A DNA stretch of 64,000 bases from positions 81,470,001-81,534,000 of the forward strand of contig NW_024704743.1 of the NCBI RefSeq assembly GCF_018977255.1. The letters run 5' to 3'. Below the pieces are notes generated by a model that searched no databases, had not been told where the DNA came from, and saw only the letters and a program-made list of their open reading frames with translations. A program made the position numbers and the translations under genes. Position 1 is the stretch's first letter. Each line of letters starts with the position of its first letter. The stretch comes from Callorhinchus milii. Its lineage: Eukaryota. Of this stretch, positions 62,749-64,000 are shown piece after piece.

Positions 62749-63549
62749 GCTCTGCTTGCCACAGCCTGATTCCATTCTTCACAGTTATTCCTAAGTTGTG
62801 TTGCACTTCAACACAGACTCCATTGATATCTCCCAGGGAAACACTGTCTCTGAACCTCCGTGCTCTATGACCATTATGGAGCACAGTGCAAGTTGACAGG
62901 TTTTCTTAATGGGATTCCTATTAAGGAAATGCAGAAAAAACTATTATGTTAGTTATAGTCAGCCAGGAAAGTCCCCAAAAGCCAGTTGTGCAAAAGCACC
63001 TCTTAAAGTAGCACTCAGCCTTACTGACGACTTTGGTCTATTTTATGAGGTCTGTCATTTTTATATGAAACATATTTTATATCAATGATTTTGAACCTTC
63101 ACTGTGTGATGTCACAAACCAGGACTATTTATTCCCCAGACTGCCATTATTAGCTGTTTCGAACCATAAGGCACAATGAGAGGCATCACACAGTGATACT
63201 GAACATACTTTTACGTGGCAATTCACATGAATGCACTTCCCCTTTAAACAGCTGAAATACTGACTGTGCCATCTATCTTAAAAAGTACTGAAAAGTGAAA
63301 CTGTCTCTATTTTATCGCTGAGCTTAACAGAAGGACACTCTAATCTCTCCTCCTTGGCACTGTTTTTGTGCTTAATCAGCTTCCCCATACTTGAGCCGGG
63401 AGCTTTATCTGGTCTATTGTTGTCCTAGTTGATGGAGGCTCTGTTTTATCAGTCAGTGAAAATGCTTCCGAAGTATGAACCGACCTGAATGTTCCACTAC
63501 TGATAATTTGCAGTTCTACAACGAAGACTGAGCACCATGAAGAGTTTAC

Positions 63550-63775
63550 CTGTTCTCTGGGTCAGGGGTGTACAGACTTCGGGTGACATAGCACATTTTC
63601 AATGGGATGCTTTTCCGGTCTTTATAATCCAGGTGTAATGAGAAGGGAGGGGGTGAGGGAGATTCCGTGGGGACGAAGCCGAGCCGGGGGGATTCTGGAG
63701 GAAGCGTTTCCCATCCAAGTTCCAAAACAGGAGAGTTCTTCTTTATGTACGGCGTTGCTTCCCTCATATACTTCA
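63550..63775 (-). CDS. SNTB1: SNTB1 exon 2, VKYMREATPYIKKNSPVLELGWETLPPESPRLG...IPLKMCYVTRSLYTPDPENR
   Basis: tttag| acceptor, AG|GTAAAC donor, 226 nt, phase 1/2. VKYMREATPY...GWETxPPESPRLG is SNTB1-type, and adjacency to MTBP favours SNTB1 over SNTB2. Confidence 0.94.
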
Positions 63776-63834
63776 CTAAAACAAAGGAAACGTACATTTA
63801 GGTGAAGCCATGACTCTCAGGGAAATCTGATACA

Positions 63835-63985
63835 TAATAACAATATAATACTTACTATAGCCCCTTACCATGTTGTTGAGATGACTCAAAGCGCTTCAGA
63901 AAATATATCGTAAAGCAGGTTGTCTGTGTATTTTGTGGGCGAAATGCTGCAGCCAATTGTACACAGCAATTGCCCGAAACATTTG
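63835..63985 (-). mobile_element. Old SINE 3' part
   Basis: ctcaaagcgcttcaga...tattttgtgggcgaaa...cagccaattg. Confidence 0.7.
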
Positions 63986-64000
63986 TCAGAGGTGCTATCA

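Overview
This is vertebrate genomic DNA, most likely from a cartilaginous fish. The L2, tRNA-SINE, CR1 and DeuSINE repeat complement resembles what I recall for holocephalans such as Callorhinchus; that assignment is inference. The window holds the 3' parts of two convergent spliced genes. MTBP (Mdm2-binding protein, the Sld7-like partner of Treslin) is on the + strand: 11 coding exons from 695 to 34263, about 509 codons including the stop, all GT-AG and phase-consistent. SNTB1 (beta-1 syntrophin) is on the - strand: 6 coding exons from 63775 down to 42022, with exon 1 outside the window. This tail-to-tail arrangement matches the human locus as I recall it. Introns are dense with 5'-truncated L2 LINEs, tRNA-derived SINEs that share the L2 3' tail, CR1 fragments, older DeuSINE-like elements and several MITE-like inverted repeats. 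Most ORFs in the supplied track are TE fragments or chance. I found no CRISPR array, prokaryote-type system or clearly novel gene. The most notable observations are: a young L2 subfamily with a shared C-terminal frameshift; a covarying L2/SINE 3' stem-loop; a 5'-truncated L1/Tx1-like insert with a 15-bp TSD; an unidentified, hairpin-rich ~400-bp repeat family; a perfect 22-bp hairpin; and face-to-face poly(A) signals in the repeat-poor interval between the two genes. Repeat boundaries are approximate, and family names come from memory rather than database searches.
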